Positions 24,653-36,203 are shown, counted from the first letter of the stretch. The stretch is DNA of 64,000 nt from an uncultured Planctomycetaceae bacterium (GCA_963813715.1 CAWFAK010000005.1:96001-160000); one strand, 5' to 3'. Numbers and translations: made by a program. Notes: generated by a model not told the origin, from the letters alone.

Positions 24653-24659
24653 TTGCAGT

Positions 24660-24764
24660 GGGAGGGCGAGACGCTCGCTGAGCCGCACTTTCTCGCCAAT
24701 TCGCCCGTTCTTCGGAGAAGGGGCTGCGGTGAGAAACCGTGGCTCGGCAGAGCCTCGGCTTCCC
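24660..24764. repeat. REP-like inverted pair, copy 2 (degenerate)
   Basis: gggagggcgagacgctcgctgagcc ... ggctcggcagagcctcggcttccc between sufB and sufD. Confidence 0.7.
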
Positions 24765-24781
24765 TCGAGTTTTTCAAGATC

Positions 24782-26135
24782 ATGCCCGCACCATCGACTG
24801 CACCGCCTTCGCCGACCTCAGCATCCGCCGCGTCCGTCGGCCTTCGACCGCGCCGCGTTCGAGGCGTTTTTGAAAGCGCGCAACGAACCCGGCTGGATCA
24901 CCGACGCGCGCCGGAAGGCATTCGACATCTACTCGCAAAAGCTCGACGTGCCCCTCGATCCGGAGGAATTCAAGCGGGTCGACCTGCGGGCGTTTCGCCC
25001 CGACGATTACCGGCTGATCCCCTCGACGGCGGCCGCCGCGTCGGCCGAGTTCGCGACGCTCTTGGCCGACCGGGCCCGTTTCGCCGGCGGAGTGGCCCAC
25101 GTGAACGGGCAGGCGACGCGGGCCACGCTCGACGAAAAACTGTCTCGGCAAGGCGTGCTCTTTGGCGACCTGGCGACGCTCGCGCGCGAGCATCGCGCGA
25201 TCTTCGAGCCGCACCTGATGACGCGTGCCGTCCGCCCCGAGACGAATCGCTTCTCCGCCTGGCACGCCGCCTTCTGGACCGGCGGCACCGTGCTCTACGT
25301 TCCGCGGCGCGTCGAGATCACAGAACCGCTGCACAGCCTGATCGGCCTGGCCGAGGCCGGTGCGGCCGACTTCAGCCATACGCTCGTGATCCTCGAAGAA
25401 GACGCGTCCGCCACGCTCTTGGAAGAGACGGCCTCCGCGCAGGCTGACGCTCCGGGCATGCACGTCGGCGCGGTCGAGCTGTTGATTGGTCCGAACTCGC
25501 AGCTCCGCTACGTGCAACTGCAAAACTGGAGCCCGCGGACCTACCACTTCGCCCATCAGGCCGGCCACGTCGACCGCGGGGCCCGCCTGCAGTGGACGGT
25601 CGGCGGCCTGGGCGCGCGGCTGGCCCACATTCATCAGCACGTCTCGCTCGACGGCGCGGGAGCCGAGGCCCAGGTCAACGGCGTCACCTTCGCCACCGAC
25701 CGCCAGCACATCTCCTACTACACGCAGCAGACGCACCGGGCCCCCAGCACGACGAGCGACCTCTTGTACAAAGAGGTGCTCCGCGACAAAGCCCGCGTCA
25801 CCTGGCGGGGCATGATCAAAGTCGAAAAAGCCGCCCAAAAGACCGACGGCTACCAGCGGAGCGACGCCCTCTTGCTCAGTTCGACGGCCCGAGCCGACTC
25901 GATTCCCGGACTGGAGATCGAGGCCGACGACGTCCGCTGCACGCACGGCGCCACGGCCGGCCGCGTCGACGAAGAGCAGATCTTCTACTGCATGTGCCGG
26001 GCGATGTCGCGATTCGAGGCCATGCACATGATCGTCGAGGGCTTCTTCCACTCGATCTACGACCGCATCCCGGTCGAAGCCGTCCGCGACACGCTAAGCA
26101 AGACGGTCGAACGCAAGCTGGGCATCGGCCGGTGA
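24782..26135 (+). CDS. sufD: Fe-S cluster assembly protein SufD; frameshift near 24840
   Basis: EPGWITDARRKAF, SDLLYK, AQKTDGYQ, IPGLEIEADDVRCTHGAT and EEQIFY. Confidence 0.92.
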
Positions 26136-26143
26136 GAAACTTC

Positions 26144-26220
26144 GGGAGGGCGAAGCTCCTGCTGAGCCTCTTTTCTCGGCATTGGAGCGAAATGCAGCTC
26201 GGCAGGAGCCTCGCCCTCCC
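26144..26220. repeat. REP-like inverted pair, copy 3
   Basis: gggagggcgaagctcctgctgagcc ... gctcggcaggagcctcgccctccc. The left arm is identical to that of copy 1. Confidence 0.8.
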
Positions 26221-26249
26221 TTCTGCAAGAAGGACCTCAGGCAGCTGAT

Positions 26250-26564
26250 ATGTCCGACTTCGAGGAAATCGCCCGCATCGACGAAATCCCGCCCGGCGGC
26301 CGCAAATCGGTGATCATCGACGAAACGCCCGCGCTCTTGTTGCGCGTCGGCGACGCCTTCTACGCCATCGAAGACGTCTGCACGCACGACGGCCAGCCCC
26401 TCACCGACGGTCCGCTGCAAGGCTGCGAAATCACCTGCCCCCGCCACGGAGCCCGCTTCGACATCCGCACCGGCAAACCCCTCTGCATGCCGGCGACCGA
26501 ACCCGTGCGGACGTTCGAGATCGAGGTGCGTGGGAACGTGGTGTTCGCTCGCCCGCGCGACTAA
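26250..26564 (+). CDS. Rieske-type [2Fe-2S] ferredoxin (suf-associated)
   Basis: CTH ... CPRH Rieske ligands, followed by GARFDIRTG. Confidence 0.93.
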   Translation: MSDFEEIARIDEIPPGGRKSVIIDETPALLLRVGDAFYAIEDVCTHDGQPLTDGPLQGCEITCPRHGARFDIRTGKPLCMPATEPVRTFEIEVRGNVVFARPRD

Positions 26565-26592
26565 TAACACGAGGGCCCAGTAGAATCGGGCC

Positions 26593-27539
26593 ATGAAACG
26601 AATCTCGCGGCTGTCTCCAATTCTCTCTCAGCGCCGTTTATTCGTGGCGGTGCACTCGTCGCCTTCAATGTTGGTTCCGAGGGCACGATCTATTTGGTTG
26701 TGGCGCTTCAGCCGCTCGACTACCGCGAATCGGAATTGATCGCGAGTTTTCCGAAGACGATCTCCGCTCAGCCTCAAACCTATCGGGTCGTGGGCTTGGC
26801 CGGAAAAGAGATCGTTCTCGACGTGATAATCGAAAGAGAGCCATTCAATATCTACGACGTTCAACCGCTCCGTGATGAACTGCTCCTTGTTTGCGTGAGA
26901 TCGCAATACAGGGGGCCCGGCGACTTCGATCGCAACGGGCGAGTCTATAAGCGCGATGGAACCTTCGCCCGGGAAATCTTGCTGGGCGACGGCATTCAAT
27001 CGGTTCAGACGACGTCCGCCGGTGTGGTTTGGACCAGCTACTTTGACGAAGGCGTTTTCGGCAACTTCGGCTGGCAGCGACCCGTCGGTGAGTGCGGACT
27101 CGTTGCGTGGAGTTCTGGCGGAGAAAAGCTCTATGAGTTCGAAGCCGGTGAGACATTAGACGCGATTTGTGACTGCTACGCGCTCAATGTCGAAACCGAC
27201 AACGACGTCTGGCTCTACTACTACACCGAGTTCCCGCTCGTCCACTTACGCGACCGCAAGATTGTGGAATCCTGGCTGATGCCGGTCTCTGGGAGCAATG
27301 CATTCGCCATTTCGGGCAATCATGCGTTATTTCGAGGCGGCTACAAGGACCGAGACACGCTTCACCTGTTCCGCCTCGGCAACGATGGGGATGTGACGCC
27401 CGTCGCGGACATTGAACTGCAAACCGAGAAGGGCGACGCCCTCTCCGCGAGCCACGTGGTGGGCCGTGCTGACTCCATTCATTTCATTAGCGGCGATTCG
27501 CTGTACCGAGTTGATGTAGGCACCGCTGCGACATCGTGA
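26593..27539 (+). CDS. Hypothetical beta-rich protein; start uncertain, probable frameshift near 26620
   Basis: 281-aa ORF 26694..27539 with GDGIQ, WTSYFDEGVFGN, CDCYALNV and YYTEFPLV. An out-of-frame ATG lies at 26593. Confidence 0.65.
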
Positions 27540-27609
27540 TGCGTTCCAGCCTGTGACGAGTGAGCCGAGCCATCGACACATGAACGACACCGTGTTTTGA
27601 CTTCGGCGA

Positions 27610-28545
27610 TCAAGTGTCCTCGCGCGCCGCCCCGATTCCCGCCGCTTTCACCGCGTACGACACCTTCGACCACCGCCACGCCCAGAAGAGGCGATTGGCG
27701 CCCCAGAGGGCGACGATGGCGGCGGCGATCGGCAGGAGCCATTCGAGGATGCGGTTGGAGGAGCGTTCGAGGATGCCCGTTTTGGGGACGTAGATCGGCG
27801 TGCCGTCCGGGCCGGTGATGATTTCGCCTTTGTCGCCCAGGAGTTCGTCCTTGTAGCGGACGAAGAGGGCCAGGCCGGCGGCGCCGAGCACCGTCTTCGG
27901 ATGCTGCTCGATGAATTGGGCCACTCGCTTTAAGAGGCCCGTCTTCTCGGACGCGGGAAGGGCGGTGAAGCTTTTGGCTTCGCTCGACTTCACGAGCTGG
28001 ATGACGGCGTCGGTGTCGTAGCGTTTGCTCGCCTGGACGCCGGCGGCGCCCAGCCTTTCGACAACTTCGACGCCGACTCCCGGATGCCGGGCGGCCGCCT
28101 CGAGCGCGGCGGGCGTCAACTCGCTGCCCAGTCGTTCGAGCACGGCCCGCTCTTCGGGACGCAACAGGGCTCGCAGGGCGCTCGGGGCCAGTTCGGGTGA
28201 AACGCGTTCGGCCAAGAGGGCGAGGCGCGGAGCGACTTGGGCCGCGCGAATCGCGTCGACGCCGTACGACTTGCTGAGCTTAACGAGCGTTTGGACGCCG
28301 GCCTCGCCGCTCTCGCGGGCCACTTGCTCGAACACGTCGCGAACGGCTGTTTCGCCGCCGAATTCGGCCAGCTCTTTGGCCATCGTCTTCGCGCCTTGCC
28401 GTTCGGCCTGGCCGGCGAAGAATTCGACCGCTTCTTTGGCCGCCGCCCGCACGAGCGTTCCCTCTTGCGCGTGCACCGCCCCGCGCGGCACGACGATCAA
28501 CAGCGTCGCGAGGGGCAACAGCATCCAATTGCGAAAGCTTCTCAT
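27610..28545 (-). CDS. Hypothetical membrane protein (signal peptide, helical body, two C-terminal hydrophobic segments)
   Basis: 311-aa ORF with N-terminal LLPLATLLIVV, and VLGAAGLALFV and WLLPIAAAIVALWG near the end. Confidence 0.7.
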   Translation of the reverse strand: MRSFRNWMLLPLATLLIVVPRGAVHAQEGTLVRAAAKEAVEFFAGQAERQGAKTMAKELAEFGGETAVRDVFEQVARESGEAGVQTLVKLSKSYGVDAIRAAQVAPRLALLAERVSPELAPSALRALLRPEERAVLERLGSELTPAALEAAARHPGVGVEVVERLGAAGVQASKRYDTDAVIQLVKSSEAKSFTALPASEKTGLLKRVAQFIEQHPKTVLGAAGLALFVRYKDELLGDKGEIITGPDGTPIYVPKTGILERSSNRILEWLLPIAAAIVALWGANRLFWAWRWSKVSYAVKAAGIGAAREDT

Positions 28546-28557
28546 GGCCTGGCCTCA

Positions 28558-29684
28558 CTAGAGCGCTCGCAGCGCCGCCTGTGTTTGAATGTCGTAGAAC
28601 TTGTCGGCCGCGCGGTCGAGGGCCTCGCGGAAACCGACCCGCGCGGGTCGATCCGCCGTGGCCGCCACGCCGTCGACCAAATCGCGTTCGAGATTGTCCA
28701 GATAACGCGGTCAATTGCTCGGTCAGATTGGTTTTGAATTTGTCGGTCACCCACCAGTCGACCACCGCTCCGACCGCGAGGCCGGCCCCAACGCCAACCA
28801 CCGCCCCGATCGGCCCGCCCAGCCAACCGGCCGCTCCGCCGAGCGCCGCGCTGCCCGCCGTCGACGAGCCTCCGGCCGCGGCCGCTTCCACGCCGGCAGT
28901 GACCGCTTCGGTGGCCGCCAGGCGGAGGATGAGCTGCGCGACGAGTTGCTCCGCCGCGAACCCGGCCACGCCGTTGCCGATCAGGTTGACCGTCGCATTC
29001 ACCAGCGAATCGGTCGCATCGCTCTGGACGCGATCTGCAATGAAGCGATCGAACTCCCGCTGAAACGACGACAAAGTCGGGCTTGGCAAAATCCAGCTTC
29101 ATGTCGGCCGTGGTGAGGGCGACATTCATCTCGGCCAAGAGCCGATTGCGCGTCGCCGCCACGTCGTCTTTGAATTCGCCCAGGCTCGCCTCGACGGCTG
29201 TTTGCAGCTCGTCCGGCGCGAGGATGTGCCGCTCGAACTTGGCGACCATGTAGTTCTTGACTTCCTCGGAGTCGGCGTCGTCGCCCGCCTTCCAGAAGTT
29301 CTGCCATTTGTCGCGGCCGAGGCGGCGAATAATGCCGAACCGCGTCCGCCACGAGGAAACGTCGTCGACGAAGCCGGGGATGCCCGTGCGAAAGCGGTCG
29401 AACTCCTGGTGCAGCCGCACGAGCGACTTGTCGGCACTCGCGCGATTGCTGGCCCGCGCCTTGTCGATCAACGGCGCCAACTCGCGGCGATAGAACTCGT
29501 CCTTCGAGACGGAGGGCAAAACGATCTGCGGCGTGGGCGGCGGCGCGGCGGATGTGTCGTCCGAGATCGCCGAAGCCGATTCGCGAGCGAGCAACAGCCA
29601 GACCGCGACCAGCCCGGCCGACGCGACCAAGGCCAGACCGCCGGCCGTGATTTGTGAGCGGAGCGAAGGCTGATGCGTGCTCAT
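28558..29684 (-). CDS. Hypothetical membrane-anchored protein with glycine zipper; frameshifts near 29075 and 28705
   Basis: N-terminal TM, helical region, and AALGGAAGWLGGPIGAVVGVGAGLAVGAVVDW. Stitched C-terminus YLDNLERDLV...ALRAL ends at TAG 28560-28558. Confidence 0.65.
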
Positions 29685-30056
29685 AAACGGCTCGATGTCG
29701 GGACGACTTCTCGGCGACGACGCAAGATTCGCAGTCCGTGGCGACAGCCCCGCCGCGAGCCGGGCAGGGACCGAAAACGCCCGGCGTGAATTGTAGGAGG
29801 GGGCGGGGTCCGTAAAGACAAGGGTGGCTGCGAGCACCGGCCAAATTCGGCCGGAGAACGCGGCTGAACTGCGTAAAGCTCTCCGGGCAAACGAGAGCAA
29901 TTTGGCCAGACGCGCCGTGCGCGGCAGCGGTTGGACAAATTGTGTGTCGGTCTCTAATTTCCAAGGACTCTTTGTCGGCATCGTCGATTCGGGCAGTGTT
30001 GCCCGCAGCAACCGCCGACCTCCCTACAAGACGCGAAGAATCCAGGACACTCGGCC

Positions 30057-30431
30057 ATGGAATCTGTGCAACGCGCAGTGCTCGGCGGCATTTTCTTGAA
30101 GGCCCGCGATCCGAAGAAGCTGGCCGACTGGTATCGCCAGAGCTTGGGAATTCCCCTCGAAGAGGGGCAGACCTACGCGTCCTTCCTGTCTGAGGGAGCG
30201 GGCGAAATGACGGTTTGGTCCACCTTCCCGGCCGACACCAAGTATTTCGGCACGCCCTCGCCCTTCATGGTGAACTACCGCGTGCGGGATCTCGACGCCA
30301 TGCTGGCTCAACTCCGCGCGGCGGGTGCCCAAGTCGACGACAAGGTCGAAGACTACGACTACGGCCGCTTCGCCTGGGCCACCGATCCGGAAGGCAACCG
30401 ATTCGAACTGTGGCAGCCATTGCCGGGGTGA
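30057..30431 (+). CDS. VOC/glyoxalase family protein
   Basis: GGIFLKARDPKKLADWY, FMVNYRVRDLD and YGRFAWATDPEGNRFELWQP. Confidence 0.9.
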   Translation: MESVQRAVLGGIFLKARDPKKLADWYRQSLGIPLEEGQTYASFLSEGAGEMTVWSTFPADTKYFGTPSPFMVNYRVRDLDAMLAQLRAAGAQVDDKVEDYDYGRFAWATDPEGNRFELWQPLPG

Positions 30432-30701
30432 CACGCGCCCGGCGTCGCGCTCGAATCGACTGCGAAATCGCGTGCCGTCCCGGCAAGCGGCGAAACTTCG
30501 GCGAACTCAGTCGAGTCGCGATCAGCCCGATGGTGCTTCGATTCGACGCGGATCCTTATCGCAGCGGGTAGTCGCGCCTTGCCGATCTCCAATTGAGGCA
30601 CCTGCCGGCTGACGCCGCCGGCTCGTCGAGTCGTGCAGTCGGTCAGGAGTTCGTTCGATTTCCATCCCTCCGCCGCGCCGCCAATTGCCGTCGCGGAACC
30701 T

Positions 30702-30733
30702 ATTGTTGAAAAATAATTGATGTTTTCAACAAT
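30702..30733. promoter_or_regulatory. Perfect inverted repeat ATTGTTGAAAA-N10-TTTTCAACAAT; likely autoregulatory operator
   Basis: AT-rich 11-bp arms ending 18 bp upstream of the GTG start of the HTH regulator. Confidence 0.7.
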
Positions 30734-30751
30734 GGCCGTTATCTTGGAAGC

Positions 30752-31348
30752 GTGAAACCCAAACCGGCAAAGGCAGACTGTCTCAGCGAACGGCGACGGC
30801 TGGCCGCGATCGCTTCGCCGTCGCGGATGGAGATCATCGGTGCGCTGCGGATGCACGGTCCGCGGTCGATCCGCGAGTTGGCCGCCCAGTTGGACCGGCC
30901 GGCCGACGGGCTCTATCACCACGTGCGGACGCTGCTCAAGGCGGGCATCCTGGTCGAGCGCGGACAGCGCAAGGTCGGCCGGCGGACCGAGGCCGTCTAC
31001 GAACTGACGGCCGAACGCATCGCCGGCCGCCTGGATCCCAAATCGGCCCAGAGCAAGGCGGCCGCCGTTCGTGCCGGCTCGGCCGCGCTGCGACTGGCGC
31101 ACCGCGAGTTCCGCACGGCGATCGAGACCGATGCGATGACCCTCACGCGAGGGCTGCCCAACATCCGTGCCTCGCGGCAGAAAGTCTGGCTCACGGACAA
31201 GGGCCTCGTCGAATTGCATCGTTTGCTCGGACAGGTCGAGCAGTTGCTCACTGCGGACAGCAACGTGAAGCGCGGCCGTCCCCATGCACTCACGATTGTT
31301 CTGGCTCCCTGCGTGAAACGAAGGGTATTTCGCCATGGTGCTCGCTAA
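30752..31348 (+). CDS. ArsR-like winged-HTH regulator with C-terminal extension
   Basis: IASPSRMEII, SIRELAAQL, LYHHVRTLLKAGIL and RTEAVY. Confidence 0.82.
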   Translation: MKPKPAKADCLSERRRLAAIASPSRMEIIGALRMHGPRSIRELAAQLDRPADGLYHHVRTLLKAGILVERGQRKVGRRTEAVYELTAERIAGRLDPKSAQSKAAAVRAGSAALRLAHREFRTAIETDAMTLTRGLPNIRASRQKVWLTDKGLVELHRLLGQVEQLLTADSNVKRGRPHALTIVLAPCVKRRVFRHGAR

Positions 31349-32924
31349 TTCGCTGACGTCGACCACGCCGCTCTCGGCCCTCGGTCTGGTCTGTGTCACG
31401 GTCGCCTCGGTGCTGATGCAGACGACGGGCTCGTCCGCGGCCGAACGAGACGACACGCCCGCGATTCTGGCCCGGATTCGCCATGCGATCGGCTCCCCGG
31501 CGCTTGCCGCCTTCCCGCACGGCGTGCTCATCGAAGGCGTGGCCCAGTATCAGGGTCTGTCGGGGCCGTACACGCTGCTGAGCGATTCGCGGGGAAGATT
31601 CGTGCAGACGATTCGCCTGGCGCGGGACCAGATCGTCGGGTTCGACGGCACGACGGCCTGGGGCGTCGATTGGTCTGGCACCCCCCGCGTGCTCGAGCTG
31701 GCCGATCTCGAGACGGTGCAAACGGAAATGTGGATCCGCACGGGCCGCTGGCTGGCCGAAGACGGCCCCTTCCACATCTCCGTCCGAGAGGACGCGGGCA
31801 AGGCGTCGCCACTGCGACTGCACCTGAAGCTCAAGCAGGGCCTGCGCGAGCTGGACCTCGACGTCGATCGATCGACCTGGTTGCCCACCCGAATGACGGC
31901 GCGGCGCCTCGGAACGGAGGAGACCTGGGACTTCGGCTATCGCGTCCACTTAGGCATGACACTGCCGCAGCACACGATCCACCACCTGGGCGGCGCGGCC
32001 GATACCTACGAAATCCACGACGTGCGTCCAGCGCCGGCAACGACGGACGATCCGTTTAAACCCAGACTCGAGCCCCCGCGCGATACCGAGTTTCGTGCGG
32101 CCGGCACGGAGCGATTCGAAGTGAAACAAGCGACCGGCGGGCACCTGTTCGTGCGGCCCAAAATCAATGGCGTCGACGTCGGCTGGTTCGCCCTCGACAC
32201 GGGAACCGGCGCAGGCATGACGATTTCGCCCACGCTCGCCCAGCGGCTAGCCATGCCCGCGTTTGGCCAGGTGGTGCAGGGGGGCGCGGGGAAACTTGGC
32301 TTGGGTCAGCTCTATCAAGGTCAAACGTTCGAGTTGGGCTCGATCACGATCCACAACAGCGTCTACGTCGAGTTGCCGCAGGCCTTTTGCGACGCGATGA
32401 AAAAACTGTTCGGCTTGGAACTCGTCGGCACGTGCGGCTACGACCTGTTCAGCCGAGCGGTCGTCGAGCTCGATCTGAAGCAGTTGACGGCGTCCTGCCA
32501 CGAGCCGACCAGTTACACGCTCGAGAGCGGCCATTGGCAGGAGTTGCGGCTCAATCGCAAAATCTCCTGCGTCCAAGCCGCGTTCGAAGGTGGGCACGAC
32601 GCCTTGTTCCAATTCGATACCGGGGCCGGCTCGAACATCGTCTTTCACGCGCCGGCCGTAGCACAGCTCAAGCTGCTCGAGCATCGCCGGACGAGGCCCA
32701 TCAAAGTCGGCGGCGTGGGCGGCACGCTCGACGCGCAGCTCGGCCAGCTCGAATGGTTTCAAGTCGGCCAGCAACGGCTCGAGAAATTGAACGCCGTCTT
32801 CCTGTCCCCGCACGAGGGTGCGCTCGACGACCCGTACGTTGCCGGCACGTTCGGCGCGGGGATCCTCAAAGGGATGAAGATCGTCTTCGACTATCCGCAC
32901 CGCCGGATCGCGTTCCGAAAATGA
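31335..32924 (+). CDS. Secreted protein with two retropepsin-like aspartyl protease domains
   Basis: N-terminal hydrophobic segment; GHLFVRPKING...FALDTG...GTCGYDLF and a second FQFDTG...GTFGAGIL...VFDY. Confidence 0.8.
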   Translation: MVLANSLTSTTPLSALGLVCVTVASVLMQTTGSSAAERDDTPAILARIRHAIGSPALAAFPHGVLIEGVAQYQGLSGPYTLLSDSRGRFVQTIRLARDQIVGFDGTTAWGVDWSGTPRVLELADLETVQTEMWIRTGRWLAEDGPFHISVREDAGKASPLRLHLKLKQGLRELDLDVDRSTWLPTRMTARRLGTEETWDFGYRVHLGMTLPQHTIHHLGGAADTYEIHDVRPAPATTDDPFKPRLEPPRDTEFRAAGTERFEVKQATGGHLFVRPKINGVDVGWFALDTGTGAGMTISPTLAQRLAMPAFGQVVQGGAGKLGLGQLYQGQTFELGSITIHNSVYVELPQAFCDAMKKLFGLELVGTCGYDLFSRAVVELDLKQLTASCHEPTSYTLESGHWQELRLNRKISCVQAAFEGGHDALFQFDTGAGSNIVFHAPAVAQLKLLEHRRTRPIKVGGVGGTLDAQLGQLEWFQVGQQRLEKLNAVFLSPHEGALDDPYVAGTFGAGILKGMKIVFDYPHRRIAFRK

Positions 32925-32963
32925 GCGGTCGCGGTTACCCAGAACACGCGCAGCGAACCGGTC

Positions 32964-34087
32964 TCACCCCCGGTCGCCCAGCGGCACGAATTTTCGTTCT
33001 TTCGGGCCCGTGTAGTTCGAGCGGGGGCGGATCAGGCGGTTGTTTTCCGTTTGCTCGATGAAGTGGGCCGCCCAGCCGACGATGCGGCTGGCGACGAACA
33101 GCGGCGTGTAGAGTTCGACCGGCAGGCCCATGTAGTGGTAGAGCCGGGCGCTGGGCCAATCGAGATTCGGCGGCAGCCCTTTCTCCGCGCGGACGTGCGC
33201 TTCGATGGTGTCGGCAATTTGCTCGAGCTCCAGTCGAGCCGCTCTCCTCGGCCAGGCGACGGCAATGCTCGCGCAACAGCACGGCCCGCGGATCGCCGTC
33301 CTTGTAAACGCGATGGCCAAAACCCATGATCCGCCGCTTCTTCGCCAGCGCGTCGCGGACCCATTCCTCGGCCACCTCGGCGGAAGGGACCTCCTGCAAG
33401 ACTTCGATCGCCCGCTCGTTGGCCCCGCCGTGCAGCGGACCTTTGAGTGCGCCGATGGCGGCGGTGATGGCCGAATAAATGTCCGATTGTGTCGACGCGA
33501 CCACTCGAGCCGTGAAGGTTGACGCGTTGAATTCGTGCTCGGCGTACAGGATCAGCGAGACGTCCATCGCCTGCTCGTGCGCAGGGGACGGTTCTTTACC
33601 CGTGATCATGTAGAGCAGGTTGCCCGAAAAACTCAGCTCGGGGTTGGGAGTCACCAGCGGCAAGCCGCGGGAGCCGCGGTGACGGGCGCCGATCAACACG
33701 GGAATCCGCGCCAACATGCGGATCGCCTTGGCGCGATTGGCCTCCGACCCCGTCATCGTCCAACTGCGGATCGAAGTGGGCCAGCGCGCTCACGCCCGTG
33801 CGGAGCACGTCCATGGCGGGAACGTGCAGCGGAATGTGGGCCAAGAACTCGAGAATCGACGGCTCGACCTCTTCCGATTCGGACAACACCGACTGAAAGT
33901 CGGCCAGCTCCTCTTGCGACGGCAGATCGTCGTGCAGCAGCAGGTAGGCAACGTCGAGGAACGAGCCGTGCTTGGCCAACTCTTCGATCGTATAGCCGCG
34001 GTAGGTCAGCCCGCCTTCGACGGTCGAAACGGCCGTCTCGCCGGCGATGACTCCCTCCAGCCCGGGATAATAGCGCTCGTTGCTCAT
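32964..34087 (-). CDS. Citrate / 2-methylcitrate synthase family protein; frameshifts near 33750 and 33240
   Basis: GLEGVIAGETAVS, LYAEHEFNASTF, GPLHGGAN, MGFGHRVYKDGDPRA, PNLDW and NRLIRP. Confidence 0.92.
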
Positions 34088-34204
34088 CAAAGTGTCCTTC
34101 AAGCATCGCGTGCAGTGGACGCGACAATCCAGTCCCAGCGTGCGACGCGATTCTAACCGAATCGACAGACGAAATCCGCCCGGTTCCCGCTCAGGCGGCC
34201 CGTC

Positions 34205-34429
34205 TTAATAGTGCGGCGGCCGCTCTTCCTCGGGGTCGCGAGTTTCGGGCGGCCCGCCGTTGTCGCGGTCGAGCCGCCACTCGAGGCGTTCGACGGCGAC
34301 GCGAAGTGCTTCAAGGGCCCGGTGCTGGGTGACGACGGATTCGCTGAGCTGTTCGACCTCGTGTTCCAGCTGCATAAGCGCCGTTTCGAGTCGAACGAGC
34401 CGATCTTCGGGAGCATTGCCGGGCTGCAT
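34205..34429 (-). CDS. slyX: SlyX family protein
   Basis: Coiled coil RLVRLETALMQLEHEVEQLSESV and C-terminal EERPPHY. Confidence 0.85.
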   Translation of the reverse strand: MQPGNAPEDRLVRLETALMQLEHEVEQLSESVVTQHRALEALRVAVERLEWRLDRDNGGPPETRDPEEERPPHY

Positions 34430-34573
34430 GCCGGGTTCCTCGAGAACGGGCCCTTTTCGTGGAGGGGCCAATTTTTTGGTGCCGCGTTTTCCTTCCGCCA
34501 GTCTCTTTGAGCATAATCAACAATCAGACCGATCGACGCGACTTCCACGAGCTTCTGCGAGGCGCCCACTCCG

Positions 34574-36203
34574 ATGAAACGTCTTTCCGCTGTAACCCGA
34601 ACGCGAGCAACCCGAACCGGCGCGATTCCTACGTGGGCAAATCGACTTTCTGTGCTCCGGATCTCGCTGGCCGCTGCCGGCTTGGCGGTGGCGATCGGTT
34701 CCCCGGCCACGGCCGAGGACTGGCGGTTCGCCGTCAAGTTTTCGGAAAGCGTCCGCCAAGAGCCTTACACGGGCCGCGTCTATATCTTCTTGAATAACGG
34801 GAGCGAGCCGCGGCGCGATTCGGGCTGGTTCAGCCCGGGGCAGATTCTGGCTCGCGACGTGGAAAACTGGAAGCCGGGTGAGCCGTTGGAGTTTGCCAGC
34901 GGAGACAAATCGGTCCTGGCCTATCCGAAGCCACTCGCCAAGATGAAGCTCGCCGAGGAGTCGGCGGAGGCCGTCATCCGCTTCAACCCGTACGAGCGCG
35001 AGGTCGGCAGCGGTCCAGGCAACGGATACAGCCAGGCGATCAAAGTCGGCGAATCATCGGCCAAGCGTCCGGTGCTCATCGTCGATCGCGTGGTGCCGCC
35101 CCGGCGGTTCGTCGAGACCGACACCCGCAAGGAGATCTTCGTCCACTCGAAACTGCTGTCCGATTTCTACGGACGGCGACGTCGAGCTGAGCGGGGCCGT
35201 CTTTCTGCCCAAGAGTTATCGCAACAATTCGACGGCCCGCTATCCGACCTTGTTCATGATTCCCGGCTTCGGCGGGACCCATTACGTGACCCGCACGCCG
35301 CGCTTTGCCGAGGAAGCGGGGGGAGTCGAGTTTATCCGCGTCGTGCTCGAGCCGAGCTGTCCCATGGGCCATCACGTCTTCGCCGACTCGGCCAATAACG
35401 GTCCCGTGGGGCAGGCCCTCGTCACCGAGTTTCTGCCCGGGTTCGACCGGGCATTCCGTTCCGTGAGCGATCCGCGGGCCCGCTTCCTGACCGGGCATTC
35501 GTCCGGGGGCTGGAGCAGCCTGTGGATCCAGATCAGCCATCCGGACGACTTCGCCGGCACCTGGAGCACGTCGCCTGACCCGGTCGATTTTCGCGATTTC
35601 CAGCAGATCGACATCTATCACCCGGGCACGAACATGTACGTCGACGCCAAGGGGAAAGAGCGGCCCCTGGCGCGGCTGGGTTCGGGGCCGGTCCTCTTCT
35701 ATAAGAACTTCTGCCAGATGGAGGACATCCTGGGACCCGGTGGACAGCTGATGAGCTTCGAAGCGGTGTTCGGGCCCAGCCTGCCGACAGCCGGCGGCTC
35801 ACCCGTCACGAGCGGCATCCGGCATCCCCGCCCGCTGTGGAACCGCAAAACAGGGGAGATCGACCCGGCTGTCGCCAAAGACTGGGAGAAGTATGACATT
35901 CACCTGGTGCTCGAGCGGAACTGGGATCAATTGGGGCCCAAGCTGGCGGGCAAACTGCATGTCTACATGGGGACCGAGGACACGTTCTACCTCGAGGGAG
36001 CGGCCCGCCTGCTCAAGAAATCCCTGGCCAAATTGAAGAGCGATGCCGTGGTCGAGCTGATCCCGAAAAAGAACCACATGAACCTGCTCGACCGCGCCCT
36101 GTCCGATCGGCTGCAACGGGAAATGGCCGCCTCCTACCGCAAGTCTTTCCCCGACGCCAAGCACGCCGAACCCGCGGCCGCCGCCACCAGCTCGGCGAAG
36201 TGA
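34574..36203 (+). CDS. Secreted alpha/beta-hydrolase (putative esterase); frameshift near 35175
   Basis: Signal peptide, HSKLLSDFYG, FADSANNGP, nucleophile elbow GHSSGG and GTEDTFYL. Confidence 0.82.
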
